Assembly (NCBI GenBank): GCA_028714095.1
Contig: JAQTMY010000002.1
Coordinates: 14,636-78,635, forward strand
Reading direction: 5' to 3'
Source of the DNA: Candidatus Nanoarchaeia archaeon
GTDB taxonomy: Archaea; Nanobdellota; Nanobdellia; SCGC-AAA011-G17; JACPNG01
Length of the DNA stretch: 64,000 nucleotides
Part shown: positions 1 through 9,657 of the stretch, one piece after another
Layout: the number at the start of each line of letters is the position of its first letter
Position numbering within the stretch: position 1 is the first letter of the stretch
Program-made: the position numbers and the translations under genes
The notes under the pieces: model-generated
Told to the model about the DNA's origin: nothing
The model's input: only the letters and a program-made list of their open reading frames with translations
The model's database searches: none

Positions 1-969
1 TCAATGGAAACAATTCTTGCAGCAGGAGGTATAAAAAATGCAAGCGCATTTAGGAATGAAGTTTTTCCTGAACCTGTCCCCCCTATAACCATAATATTTG
101 ATTCATATTCGATTGCAAGCCATAAATATGCAAGCATCTCTGGGCTTGCTGTTCTGAAATCTAAGAGTTTTACCGGGGTCCATGGTTCTTTTGTGAATTT
201 TCTTATTGTGAATGTTGGCCCTCTTGAAGATATATCTGTTGAGTATGTTGCGTTTACTCTTGATCCGTCTGGTAATCTCCCATCCAATAAAGGATTTGCA
301 TAAGAAACATATTTTCCAGCTTTTTGTGCTAATTTTTCAACAAAACCAGCAAGTTTTGGAATGTCCTCAAAAACAATATTTGTTTTTAAGTTTCTGTATT
401 TTCTGTGTACAATATATAATGGAGTTCCAATTCCATTGCATTCAATATCCTCTATGAAATAATCATGCATTAAAGCTTCTATTTCATTTAATCCGCTGAA
501 GTTACGGTAAATATAATACAAAACTTTGTACAAAGATTCATCAGAAATACTTTCTCCAAATTCCTTTAGCAGTACTCGTACATTCTTTTCAAGGTATTCT
601 ATTACTTTTTGTGATTCATTGACTTCTATAAAACTGATATTAATTATTTCCTTTAGGGAATCCTCTATTAGTTTTAGCATCCTTTTTTCATGGTCATCAA
701 GCGTAGGTTCTATAAGTTCATAAAGGACCTCTTTTGATTCTTCATCCCAGTGGATATGGATAGAAGCATAGGGTTTTATGAGGTCATATTTGACATCTAT
801 CTGCTGTTTTGCATCAAATTCTGGTAAATGTGCTAAATCACTTACTATCTCTATCTTGAACTCAGATTTAATATCTGGAGAAATAACTTGGTTGGTTGGA
901 TTTTCTTTTATTCCTTGTCTGTTTTCCTTTTCTTCTTTCTTAAAAACTGAAATCCCCAAAACTTCCACC
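1..969 (-). CDS. Type IV pilus/archaellum assembly ATPase (FlaI/PilB/GspE-VirB11 family), N-terminal ~320 aa; the 3' end lies beyond the window start
   Basis: Hand translation of the minus strand gives an uninterrupted frame, ...GIGTPLYIVHRKYRNLKTNIVFEDIP...DGSRVNATYSTDISSRGPTFTIRKF...IMVIGGTGSGKTSFLNALAFFIPPAARIVSIE, with a Walker A GGTGSGKTS. It is missing from the ORF track because no stop falls inside the window. The likely start is GTG or TTG near 960-969. Confidence 0.7.
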
Positions 970-1061
970 TCTTTTAATCTTAAAATACCCCTATAAACCT
1001 TAAATAGTTTTCGATTGACCAAACAATTAAATATATATAGAAATGATTATTCTAGAAACCT

Positions 1062-3020
1062 ATGCCTAAAAAAGAGAAACAATCCTTAAAACCAATAATT
1101 TTCTTATTAATACTTCTTGTATTATTGTTTATAATTATTATTGCTGCTGTTAGGATGAGCTTTCTTTTGGGTTATGATCTGTCTATAAGTTTATCTCCCG
1201 GGGATATATCCCTGCAGCTTACAAATAACCAACCAGTAGAACTAACATTTAATCTTGAAACAAGCAACAAGATTGAATGTACTGCACTTTGTGAGTATTC
1301 ATTCAAGGATTTAAGTAATAATGATGTTATTGAATCAGAAACAGTTATTCTTGAACCCAAACAAACATTATCTAGAAATTATTCTTTGGTTTCTCCTGAA
1401 CTTGGAACAGGCCAAAAAATATATAATTTTGAGGTTAAATGTAAGAACCAAAAATCTTTGTTTTGCCCTTCTGCAGAGAAAAACATAATTAAAAGTAGTT
1501 TAGTAACTTTAAATTATGATTTGACAACTGAAGAAAAAATTATAAAACCTGTTTCCAAGGAGAAACTTGAAAATTTGCTTGAGCTTCTTAGAGAAGCAGA
1601 TCTTGGGGTTAAAGAATCAAATCAAATCTCTGAGATAATATACTCAAATGAAATTGAACCTGAAAAAATCGCATTAACCACCCAATTTGATGAAACTTCC
1701 TTGATTATGGAAAACCTAAAATATCTTTGGGCTAAAGAATATTATACCCAGCTTTACCTAGAATTAAACCAGAGTTATGAAGATAATCTAACTAAATTAA
1801 ACAATGATATTTATTCTTTTAACCAGACTCTCGCTGGTTTTATCAAAATTAATGATTATTTCATTGATTTCTTCAATAAAGTAATGGAAGAAAATCAAAG
1901 CCTGGCCTATTACATAAACCAGACAGAAGACTATGGATTTATTAATAATTTTAATAATCTTTTAGATGAATTTAACACAAACAACTTTTCAGATTATTCA
2001 TCATTGTTTGAAGAAATTAAGGGATTGGAGAAAGATTATAATTCACTAAATCTAAGCCTCGTTGGAAATGAAACCTATGACATGGAATTAATGCCATTAT
2101 TAAAAGATAAAATATTATTAAATAACCTTACAATTGAGTCTAATATTGAAACAAGATTATCAGAAAATAAACCGGTTTGTTGTATATTTGGGGAATGCAA
2201 TCCCTGCTGTAATGATGAATCCTGCAGCAATGATCCAAAAACATTTCCAATAATCTTCATACATGGTCATGCAGTAAACAAAGATACTTCTCCAGAGCAG
2301 ATGCTTAATTCGTTTGATGAAATCCAGTCTAAGTTTGCAGAAAATGGTTATATAAATGCTGGAATAATAACCGCTTATTCCAAAGATACTGAATATAATC
2401 AGGGAGAGTGGGGGTTGTCAGGAAAACCAATTACTGTAAGAGCAACATACTATTATGAGCTTGTTGAAGAGGATGGAAAATTAGTTTTAACACCTAGAAA
2501 AAGCGATGACATCGATGTTTATGCAGAAAGACTAAAGTATATTATTGATTTAGTCAAATACAGAACCGGAAAATCAAAAGTTAATATCGTTGCTCATTCT
2601 ATGGGTGGATTAGTTTCCAGAGAATATCTCAAGAAATATGGAGAAGATTCTGTTAATAAACTAATTCTTATTGGAACACCAAATAATGGAATAACAACAA
2701 AAATATATTCTTTATGTAGAATATTAGGTGAGAAAAAAGAATGTGATCAGATGAAACAAGGAAGTTCCTTCCTTTATAACCTAAATAATTTCAAACTAAT
2801 TTCTGTTGCCGTATACACAATTTCTGGCAGAGGCTGTGATATGGATGGTCTGGATGGGGATGGTATTGTTTTATTTGAGAGTTCTAAGATGGATAATGTT
2901 AAAGATTTTGAAATTAATGGAATATGCCCAGAATTATTATCTTATCTTCATTCAGATATGCTGGATCCTGAAAAATATCCAGAGACATATAAATACCTAG
3001 AAAAAATATTGAATGATTAA
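1062..3020 (+). CDS. Membrane-anchored secreted alpha/beta-hydrolase (lipase/PGAP1-like, GHSMGG nucleophile elbow) with a Cys cluster
   Basis: There is an N-terminal TM helix. A C-terminal motif run IIFIHGH...VNIVAHSMGGLVSREYL...LILIGTPNNG is typical of lipase class 2/DUF676 hydrolases. A CCIFGECNPCCNDESC cluster is also present. Confidence 0.6.
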   Translation: MPKKEKQSLKPIIFLLILLVLLFIIIIAAVRMSFLLGYDLSISLSPGDISLQLTNNQPVELTFNLETSNKIECTALCEYSFKDLSNNDVIESETVILEPKQTLSRNYSLVSPELGTGQKIYNFEVKCKNQKSLFCPSAEKNIIKSSLVTLNYDLTTEEKIIKPVSKEKLENLLELLREADLGVKESNQISEIIYSNEIEPEKIALTTQFDETSLIMENLKYLWAKEYYTQLYLELNQSYEDNLTKLNNDIYSFNQTLAGFIKINDYFIDFFNKVMEENQSLAYYINQTEDYGFINNFNNLLDEFNTNNFSDYSSLFEEIKGLEKDYNSLNLSLVGNETYDMELMPLLKDKILLNNLTIESNIETRLSENKPVCCIFGECNPCCNDESCSNDPKTFPIIFIHGHAVNKDTSPEQMLNSFDEIQSKFAENGYINAGIITAYSKDTEYNQGEWGLSGKPITVRATYYYELVEEDGKLVLTPRKSDDIDVYAERLKYIIDLVKYRTGKSKVNIVAHSMGGLVSREYLKKYGEDSVNKLILIGTPNNGITTKIYSLCRILGEKKECDQMKQGSSFLYNLNNFKLISVAVYTISGRGCDMDGLDGDGIVLFESSKMDNVKDFEINGICPELLSYLHSDMLDPEKYPETYKYLEKILND

Positions 3021-3562
3021 ACCATGTTTATTTTTACAACAGGAATATCATTGCTAAATCCGCCGTGTTCTATTGTCATTGTATAAGTTCCAATAAATGG
3101 ATTTCCATACTGTAGGTTTTCATGTTTCTTTAAGTCTATAAATCCAGTATAATTTAATTCAAGATTTACTACATATTCATCTTCAATAATAGAATTATCT
3201 AACTTCATTATAATAGGACCCTCTCTGAATTCAATACCAGGTTCCATCATCTTGTTTTTTGTTACCAAACTCCACAAAACTTGGTCATCTTCCCATGAAA
3301 GTGTTAAGTTTCCTTTTCCAACTTCAATAGGACTTAAAACTCTTCTTGATCCAGGTCCTTCAGATGCAACTTTCTTGATATTGTCATCTATCTGAAAGAA
3401 CAAGTTTTTGGTTTGTATTAAGGTATTTTTATCTCTTATCTTATTTATCAGAGGAACAGCAGCAGATAAAATAAGGGTAATTGCTACTAATCCAAGTGCC
3501 ATATATAATATGGCAGATACCCAGACAGCAGCACCCTTTTTATTTTTCATTTTTTTATGCAC
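3017..3562 (-). CDS. Pilin-like protein (N-terminal basic stretch followed by a hydrophobic helix)
   Basis: The N-terminus is MHKKMKNKKGAAVWVSAILYMALGLVAITLIL. It is tandem with the other pilin-like genes. Confidence 0.4.
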   Translation of the reverse strand: MHKKMKNKKGAAVWVSAILYMALGLVAITLILSAAVPLINKIRDKNTLIQTKNLFFQIDDNIKKVASEGPGSRRVLSPIEVGKGNLTLSWEDDQVLWSLVTKNKMMEPGIEFREGPIIMKLDNSIIEDEYVVNLELNYTGFIDLKKHENLQYGNPFIGTYTMTIEHGGFSNDIPVVKINMV

Positions 3563-4055
3563 AGGTACTAAAGGTACTTGCCTCTAAGTCACCAAAGCTT
3601 GCAGTATTTGCACTGCAGGTTATTTCCTTGCCATCTATTTTAATTACACCAACTGCTTCTACCTGTTTTACATCACTTAATGTTGAATCAATGTCTTTGC
3701 TTTCAATTCCAAAAGATTCTATCCCTGTTAGGAATTGGTCTTTTATCTGTTTTACTTCATCAGCGCTTTTATAGAATCTTAGATGTACTTTTTCAAGTTT
3801 TTTTGTTCCATCATTCTTTATTCTTACCCTATAGGTAGTTCCGCTGACAAGGCAGACGTTATCAACATCAAACATAACTTCTTGAGCACAAGTTATCTGT
3901 GATCCTGATGTTTCTTCTGTCTGTTCCTGTATGTTTTTTGTAAAGCTTTGCCCCCAAGTCATTATTATTGCTGCCAAGGCTACAGTAAAACCAATAATAA
4001 GGACAGTAGCGATTAAAGGAGAAATTCCTTTTCTGTTTATGAACACATATATCAC
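3555..4055 (-). CDS. Archaeal type IV pilin with class III signal peptide (DUF361-like N-terminus)
   Basis: RKGISPLIATVLIIGFTVALAAII matches the archaeal prepilin motif KG/ISPVIATLLLI. Confidence 0.6.
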   Translation of the reverse strand: MIYVFINRKGISPLIATVLIIGFTVALAAIIMTWGQSFTKNIQEQTEETSGSQITCAQEVMFDVDNVCLVSGTTYRVRIKNDGTKKLEKVHLRFYKSADEVKQIKDQFLTGIESFGIESKDIDSTLSDVKQVEAVGVIKIDGKEITCSANTASFGDLEASTFSTCA

Positions 4056-4077
4056 CTCTCTTTTTTATTGAATGAAT

Positions 4078-4539
4078 TTAAACCCTTGCAACAATGTTTT
4101 TTCCAGAGCAAGGTACATAGTATCCTGGAACAACTTTTAACCATGGGATAATAGCTACTTTTTCAGCATCCCCTGTCTTTGATGAGTCATATTCAATTTC
4201 ATATGGTTTTATCTCCAGTCCTTCAAGCATCTCATAATTTTGTTTTATTTCAGCTTTGTTCCCTTCAATCCTGAAGCTCCATTTTTCTATATTATCATCT
4301 TTCAGGTTTTTTAATACAATCCTTATGTTTGATCCTGATTTCTGGGCACTGGTTACACTAAAGTCAAGATTTTCACATTCTAGTTTTTTTTCTGCCAGTT
4401 TTCCTTCTTTAGCAGCCCTCTCCTGTACATAATTCTTGGCCCAAACTAATGCTATAAGTAATATAACAATAATAAATCCTACTAATAATACTGTGGCAAT
4501 TAAAGGAGAAATTCCTTTTTTGCTTAACTTATTGTACAT
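4078..4539 (-). CDS. Archaeal type IV pilin with class III signal peptide
   Basis: SKKGISPLIATVLLVGFIIVILLIALVW is a paralog of the N-terminus of the preceding gene. Confidence 0.6.
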   Translation of the reverse strand: MYNKLSKKGISPLIATVLLVGFIIVILLIALVWAKNYVQERAAKEGKLAEKKLECENLDFSVTSAQKSGSNIRIVLKNLKDDNIEKWSFRIEGNKAEIKQNYEMLEGLEIKPYEIEYDSSKTGDAEKVAIIPWLKVVPGYYVPCSGKNIVARV

Positions 4540-4991
4540 GAAATCACCTCTTTTTTATCTGAACAACCCGTTGTTTTTTCATTAACCGTTATTATTGGGA
4601 TTACTTCAAATTTAATGCTTTGTGGCAATATAAATTCAACTATTTCTCCTTGTATTGGTTTTAATGGAGTTGCTAAAGACTTAACCTCTGATATTGGCTC
4701 ACCCGATGCAGGATATGATACTATATTTAATGATTCAATGCTAAACTTGCCTTTATTAGCTATTGTTAGTATATTACATAACTCATTTGCTCTTACATTT
4801 ATTGCAATGTCCTGACATACCATCTCTCCTTCAACATAGTTGACAGTAGACTTTGTAATGTCTTCAGTCTGGCCTCTCATCCATATAAAAACAGAAGTTG
4901 CCAGCGCAATACTAAAACCAATAAGCAAAACCCATGCAATAATATCTCCAGCCCCTTTTTTTCCTATCATCTTATTTGCAAAGTGCATCAT
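4524..4991 (-). CDS. Pilin-like protein (class III signal peptide-like)
   Basis: GKKGAGDIIAWVLLIGFSIALATSVFIW. Confidence 0.45.
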   Translation of the reverse strand: MMHFANKMIGKKGAGDIIAWVLLIGFSIALATSVFIWMRGQTEDITKSTVNYVEGEMVCQDIAINVRANELCNILTIANKGKFSIESLNIVSYPASGEPISEVKSLATPLKPIQGEIVEFILPQSIKFEVIPIITVNEKTTGCSDKKEVISCTIS

Positions 4992-5640
4992 TAGGGAATT
5001 TCAAGCAAAAATCATCTTTCCCTTCTGTTTTAAAACCACTTCCACCTATAAAAACTTTTCTTTGTTCATTCTTCTCAAATCTTGAAACAACAACAAGTTG
5101 AGGTTGTCCGGGAATTATTTCAAAGGAATAAACATCTTCTCCTATCTGTATCCATATTTCAGGTTGGTAATTGATTATCTTGTTGCATGTTTCAATTTCC
5201 TCTCTATTGGCTTCAGACAGAAAACTTATTCCATCAAAGTCAATAGTAGCAGAAATCTTATCATAACATCCAGAGAGTTCTCCTATGTCAGGATCCTTTA
5301 TGTAGATAGACTGGTCAAGGAAATTTCCTATGTTGACTTTATTTCCCTCTGCACTTTTATAGCTAAAAGCATAAATCAATCCAAAACCAGGATTTTGCGA
5401 TTTTGCATATGAACTATAGAATGAGGTAAAACCCCTGAACTTATTAACCATATCTATATCTTCAGAAAAAACCAATGAATTAACAAATCTCGCACTTTCC
5501 TCATCATAGTTTTCAGACAGTCTTTCAAAATCCCCTTCAATTTTTTCCTGGCTTGCCTTGTTTACGATTGATGCAATTCCAACAAGAACCAAAGCTAGGA
5601 TAATAACAGCTAAAATATATATCTGCCCTCTTTTATTCAT
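4972..5640 (-). CDS. Pilin-like or secreted protein
   Basis: MNKRGQIYILAVIILALVLVGIASIV carries a basic-Gly-Gln class III-like signal. Confidence 0.4.
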   Translation of the reverse strand: MNKRGQIYILAVIILALVLVGIASIVNKASQEKIEGDFERLSENYDEESARFVNSLVFSEDIDMVNKFRGFTSFYSSYAKSQNPGFGLIYAFSYKSAEGNKVNIGNFLDQSIYIKDPDIGELSGCYDKISATIDFDGISFLSEANREEIETCNKIINYQPEIWIQIGEDVYSFEIIPGQPQLVVVSRFEKNEQRKVFIGGSGFKTEGKDDFCLKFPNDALCK

Positions 5641-5663
5641 AATAATTAATTCTTCTTCTTTCT

Positions 5664-6290
5664 TTATAATCTTTTCTCATTGATAACCTTAAGAATTCTT
5701 TTGCTGATTTCTTCTATCGTCCCTTCTGCGTCTATTTTTTTAATTTTTCCATTCTTTTCATAAAACCTGACAACAGGTATTGATTCTTTTTTATACATTT
5801 CAAGCCTGTATTTTATTATTTCTGGTTTGTCATCCGCTCTTATAGAAAGTTTATTTCCGCATTTATCGCAGATGTTTTCTTTTTTTGGTTTTTTAGTTGC
5901 TAAATGATATAACTCCCCGCAGTTAATACATACTCTTCTTTTGGAAAGTCTTTCCATGATTGTTTCCTCATCTATCTCAAGATGGATAAAAATATCTAAA
6001 GGATGGAGTTCTTCTACCCATTCGGCTTCCTTTATTCTTCTTGGGCTTCCATCCAGAATAAAATTATCTTTCGGTATTTTGTCTTTAATTAAATCAATAA
6101 CGATTTCACTTGGCATATAATTTCCCTTGTCAATTATAGACTGAATTAATTTTCCTAATTTGGTTCCTCTCCTTTTCTCTTCTCTTAATAAATCTCCAGT
6201 ATAGATGTGTTTAAGATTGTATTTTTTAGAAAGAATTTCTGCCTGTGTTCCCTTCCCAGATCCAGGTGGACCCATTATAGCCAGTTTCAT
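5664..6290 (-). CDS. adk: Adenylate kinase (long form with Zn-binding lid)
   Basis: The P-loop is MGPPGSGKGTQAE. The lid is CINCGELYH...CDKCG. Confidence 0.85.
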   Translation of the reverse strand: MKLAIMGPPGSGKGTQAEILSKKYNLKHIYTGDLLREEKRRGTKLGKLIQSIIDKGNYMPSEIVIDLIKDKIPKDNFILDGSPRRIKEAEWVEELHPLDIFIHLEIDEETIMERLSKRRVCINCGELYHLATKKPKKENICDKCGNKLSIRADDKPEIIKYRLEMYKKESIPVVRFYEKNGKIKKIDAEGTIEEISKRILKVINEKRL

Positions 6291-6320
6291 GATATAATTA
6301 AAAAATTGTTCTATATAAAT

Positions 6321-6950
6321 TTATTCCAAAGAATTCCGGACATCATCAAATACCTCTTCAGGAAGCTGGTCTCCGTCAATGTTGATTAATATCTTTTCTT
6401 GGGCATAGAATTCTTCAATAGGATTTGTGTTTTCCCTGTAAACCTTTAGTCTATGCCTTATTGTTTCCTCGTTGTCATCAACTCTCTGCATCAGTTTTCC
6501 ACCACATATATCACATATGTCCTTTTTCTTGGGTTGGATATTTAATCCATAGATTTTCTTGCAGTTGCTGCATGTTTTTCTTAGAATAGTTCTTTTTATT
6601 ATAGATTCATCTGTGCTTACTATATTTATTACGTGGTTTATCTTTGCAATTTTCTTTAGTTCTTTAGCTTGGTTTAATGTTCTTGGGAAACCATCCAGAA
6701 CAAAACCGTTTTTGTATTTGTCTTTTTTTAACTCTTTTTTGAAAAGTTCTATTGTAAGTTCATCAGGAACTAGATTTCCTTTGCTCCAGTATTCTTTAGC
6801 CTTTAATCCTAAACTATCTTGTTCATTAGCTAAATCTCTGAACATGTCTCCTGTTGATAAATGGACTAATTTAAAATGTTTTGAAATAAACTCTGCTTGA
6901 GTCCCCTTTCCAGTCATTGGCGGCCCCAATAAAACAATGTTCATAGGCAT
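6321..6950 (-). CDS. Adenylate kinase paralog or other nucleoside-monophosphate kinase (long form, Zn lid)
   Basis: The P-loop is LLGPPMTGKGTQAE. The lid is CSNCKKIYG...CDICGG. The track ORF begins at 7007, but the MPM/MNIV start at 6950/6944 aligns with adk. Confidence 0.8.
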   Translation of the reverse strand: MPMNIVLLGPPMTGKGTQAEFISKHFKLVHLSTGDMFRDLANEQDSLGLKAKEYWSKGNLVPDELTIELFKKELKKDKYKNGFVLDGFPRTLNQAKELKKIAKINHVINIVSTDESIIKRTILRKTCSNCKKIYGLNIQPKKKDICDICGGKLMQRVDDNEETIRHRLKVYRENTNPIEEFYAQEKILINIDGDQLPEEVFDDVRNSLE

Positions 6951-7045
6951 GAAAAAGATAATCTCTTTAAAAAAATTTCTATTCTTCACTATGGACCAAA
7001 AATCCATATAATATAAATACTGGTGATTATTGCTAAAATTATAGT

Positions 7046-7930
7046 ATGGATCCTAAAAAAGAAAAAATAATACTTGGAGCAGTAATCTTTGTAGTCATTA
7101 CTCAATTGGTTTTGTTTACCTATTCTTTTATTGAATTTAGTAATTTAAAAAATATTATCTCTGAGAATCAAAAAACAACAGAATTAAAATTGCAAAATGT
7201 TAATTCAGAAGTTGAAGTCCTTAAGGAAGAAAATACAAACCAAAAAGAACAAATCTCAGATTTAACAAGTTCATTGTCCTCTACTCAGAAAACTCTTTCA
7301 GAAACTCAGTCAAGTTTGGAAAAGCAGATAAGTTCGTTAAAGGCAGGAGCATCTGCAGATTTCTCAGGCATAATTGAGAAATCTGTCAAGTCAATAGTTT
7401 CAATAAAAACAAACGTAGCCCAGGGAACAGGATTTATTATTACAGATGATGGTTATGTAGTAACTAACGCCCATGTATTAAATGGGGCAAGTTATGCCAC
7501 TGCAATAACAGCAGACCAGGAAAAACTTGCAATGTCTCTGATAGGCTATAATAATAAATATGATATAGCTTTGTTAAAAATCTCTGGCTCATATGATGCA
7601 TTAAGCTTTGACAATTCAGATGATGTAAAAGTTGGAGAGAAAGTAATTGCTATCGGCAATCCCCAGGGATTGTCTTTTTCAGTTACCGAAGGAATTATTT
7701 CTGCAGTTCATAGACAGGTTAGTAATTATGATGGAAGATATATCCAGACAGACGCAGCTTTAAATCCTGGAAATTCTGGCGGTCCTTTGATTAATACAGA
7801 TGGAAATGTGATTGGAATTAATAATTTCAAGGTTGAAGGGGATAATATTGGTTTAGCCTTGGAAAGTAATCTGGTTGTTGATAAGGTAAATGAGATTTCT
7901 ATGAAAGCTTTGAATATTACTTTGATTTAA
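7046..7930 (+). CDS. Membrane-anchored trypsin-like serine protease (S1/HtrA-like, no PDZ domain)
   Basis: The catalytic triad is contextualised by TNAHV, YDIALLKI and GNSGGPLIN. There is an N-terminal TM helix and a coiled coil. Confidence 0.75.
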   Translation: MDPKKEKIILGAVIFVVITQLVLFTYSFIEFSNLKNIISENQKTTELKLQNVNSEVEVLKEENTNQKEQISDLTSSLSSTQKTLSETQSSLEKQISSLKAGASADFSGIIEKSVKSIVSIKTNVAQGTGFIITDDGYVVTNAHVLNGASYATAITADQEKLAMSLIGYNNKYDIALLKISGSYDALSFDNSDDVKVGEKVIAIGNPQGLSFSVTEGIISAVHRQVSNYDGRYIQTDAALNPGNSGGPLINTDGNVIGINNFKVEGDNIGLALESNLVVDKVNEISMKALNITLI

Positions 7931-7936
7931 ATACCC

Positions 7937-8797
7937 TCACCTTAATAATCTTTTATATTTTTCTCTAAGGTTTTTGGCTATTGCAGGATTCTTAAATATC
8001 ATGAATTTTATCTCACAAGGTTCATGAACTATTTCAGCAATCTCTTTTAGATTCATTTCTTGAGGATTTTTATATTTTTTATAAAAGTTTCTCAATTTAG
8101 AAATTATCTCTGAAGGATAATTTACCTGAATGATCGTATCCCCCATAATGGTAATATCCATCCCTTCTTTTGATTCATCATCTCTTTTAACTCTAGATTT
8201 AATCCCCAATTCATTATAGGTTTTAACCCCCCACCTATTTAATGGAAAATCATTAAACGAAATCATATACATTTTTATCCCTTTTTTAGTAAACTGATGA
8301 AACATTTCAGTTTCTCTTCCCAAATTTATGAGAAACCAAAAACTATAATGAAAAACCCCAACAGTTTCTTTCGGCTCATTAAATTTTGTGTTATTTGCCC
8401 ATTGTCTCATAACATCTCCCCAAAAATTGTCTAGGTCAAATAAATTATTGAAGGTATAAATTGCATAATCTTCATTTGCTTGGTTTTGAGTAAAGATATA
8501 CGCTTTTTTCCCACCTTCATACTCTAAGAGAAACTTATCAAATAAATTCTTAAGTTTTAGAATCCACTCTTTATTTAGTTCGTATTTTTTATTCTTTTTA
8601 GACAAGATTTTGTGAAATGTTAGAGAATTAACTGCTTTTCTTACTGCTTGATAGGTTATACTTAAATTATAACTTTTTCGAATCTTTTTTGTTAGTTCTA
8701 TCATAGAAAGAGGATGTTCTAGTATGAGAATATTGAATATCAGATCTTTAGTATTCTTGGTTTTTTCTTCAACTCCCGGGATACTTATCTCTATCAT
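7937..8797 (-). CDS. Hypothetical protein with an N-terminal winged-helix-like domain
   Basis: LSMIELTKKIRKSYNLSITYQAVRKAVNSL resembles a wHTH. The remainder is unknown. Confidence 0.35.
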   Translation of the reverse strand: MIEISIPGVEEKTKNTKDLIFNILILEHPLSMIELTKKIRKSYNLSITYQAVRKAVNSLTFHKILSKKNKKYELNKEWILKLKNLFDKFLLEYEGGKKAYIFTQNQANEDYAIYTFNNLFDLDNFWGDVMRQWANNTKFNEPKETVGVFHYSFWFLINLGRETEMFHQFTKKGIKMYMISFNDFPLNRWGVKTYNELGIKSRVKRDDESKEGMDITIMGDTIIQVNYPSEIISKLRNFYKKYKNPQEMNLKEIAEIVHEPCEIKFMIFKNPAIAKNLREKYKRLLR

Positions 8798-8874
8798 AAC
8801 ATTTGGATGTCCCTTTCATTTTTAAACCTTTTGGTACAAAAATAAATGTACTAAATACTTAAATATTGAACTAA

Positions 8875-9657
8875 TTGGTCAGAGACAACATCGGAACTAA
8901 AATGAAACTGAAAAAACCCATTACTTTTGTTGGTATTGGGGTTTCCTTTATTAAACCCCCTCTCCTAGCAGAAGATATAATAAAAAAAGCAGATGAAATC
9001 TTTTTAGAGAATCTTACTCCAAAAATTGAGCAACCAATTGAACAAGAAGAGTCTAAATTAGAGATTTCGTTAAAAACAGATATCCTGACCAAGTATGTAG
9101 GAAGGGGGATAATATTTGCAGATAATCCAGTAATACAACAAACAGCAGGGTTAAGCTATGATAATCTAAGTGTTATTTTATTCGGAAGTTTAGGTAAGGA
9201 AAGGGGATCAACTGAATTGGATGGTACAATAGAATATTCTTTGTCCAAAAGCCCTAACCTTTTTGCTGGTTATACTTTCTATAAACTCATAAATCAAAAT
9301 CTAGAAAAAACCCAAGAAGTTTATGTAGGAATTGGAATTGATACATCTCTTAACCCAAATTTAGTATTAATACATGATTTTGATGGAGGAAAAGGAGATT
9401 ATATTAAACTTTCATTGAATGAAGCTTTTAAGGTTAAGGATATAAATTTGTCAGCAGGTTTGGCGGTAGGATATAATAATCATTATTTTAGAAAGGATTC
9501 TGGACTAGGCAATATAGATTTTAATATAAGTGCTTCAGTTCCCATAAGTAAGGCTATAACCCTTACTCCAACACTTAATTATTCTCATTCTTTCACAGAT
9601 GATTTTAAGAGCGGAGGTTTTTATGGAGGAATGAGTTTAGCATATGAATCAGAATAA
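8875..9657 (+). CDS. Hypothetical beta-rich protein (porin/OMP-like amphipathic strand pattern)
   Basis: The C-terminal half has alternating hydrophobic residues with Gly and aromatic residues: ...GIGIDTSLNPNLVLIHDFDGG...NIDFNISASVPISKAITLTPTLNYSHSF...GGMSLAYESE. Confidence 0.3.
   Translation: MVRDNIGTKMKLKKPITFVGIGVSFIKPPLLAEDIIKKADEIFLENLTPKIEQPIEQEESKLEISLKTDILTKYVGRGIIFADNPVIQQTAGLSYDNLSVILFGSLGKERGSTELDGTIEYSLSKSPNLFAGYTFYKLINQNLEKTQEVYVGIGIDTSLNPNLVLIHDFDGGKGDYIKLSLNEAFKVKDINLSAGLAVGYNNHYFRKDSGLGNIDFNISASVPISKAITLTPTLNYSHSFTDDFKSGGFYGGMSLAYESE

Noticed and set aside
4-996. Four + strand ORFs from the track (4..303, 212..457, 526..723, 778..996)
   Set aside because: They sit in three different frames and have no recognisable motifs. 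The opposite strand gives an uninterrupted FlaI/PilB ATPase reading frame with Walker A, so these are shadow ORFs.
6559-6900. 113-aa + strand ORF
   Set aside because: It lies entirely antisense within the adenylate kinase paralog and has no motifs.
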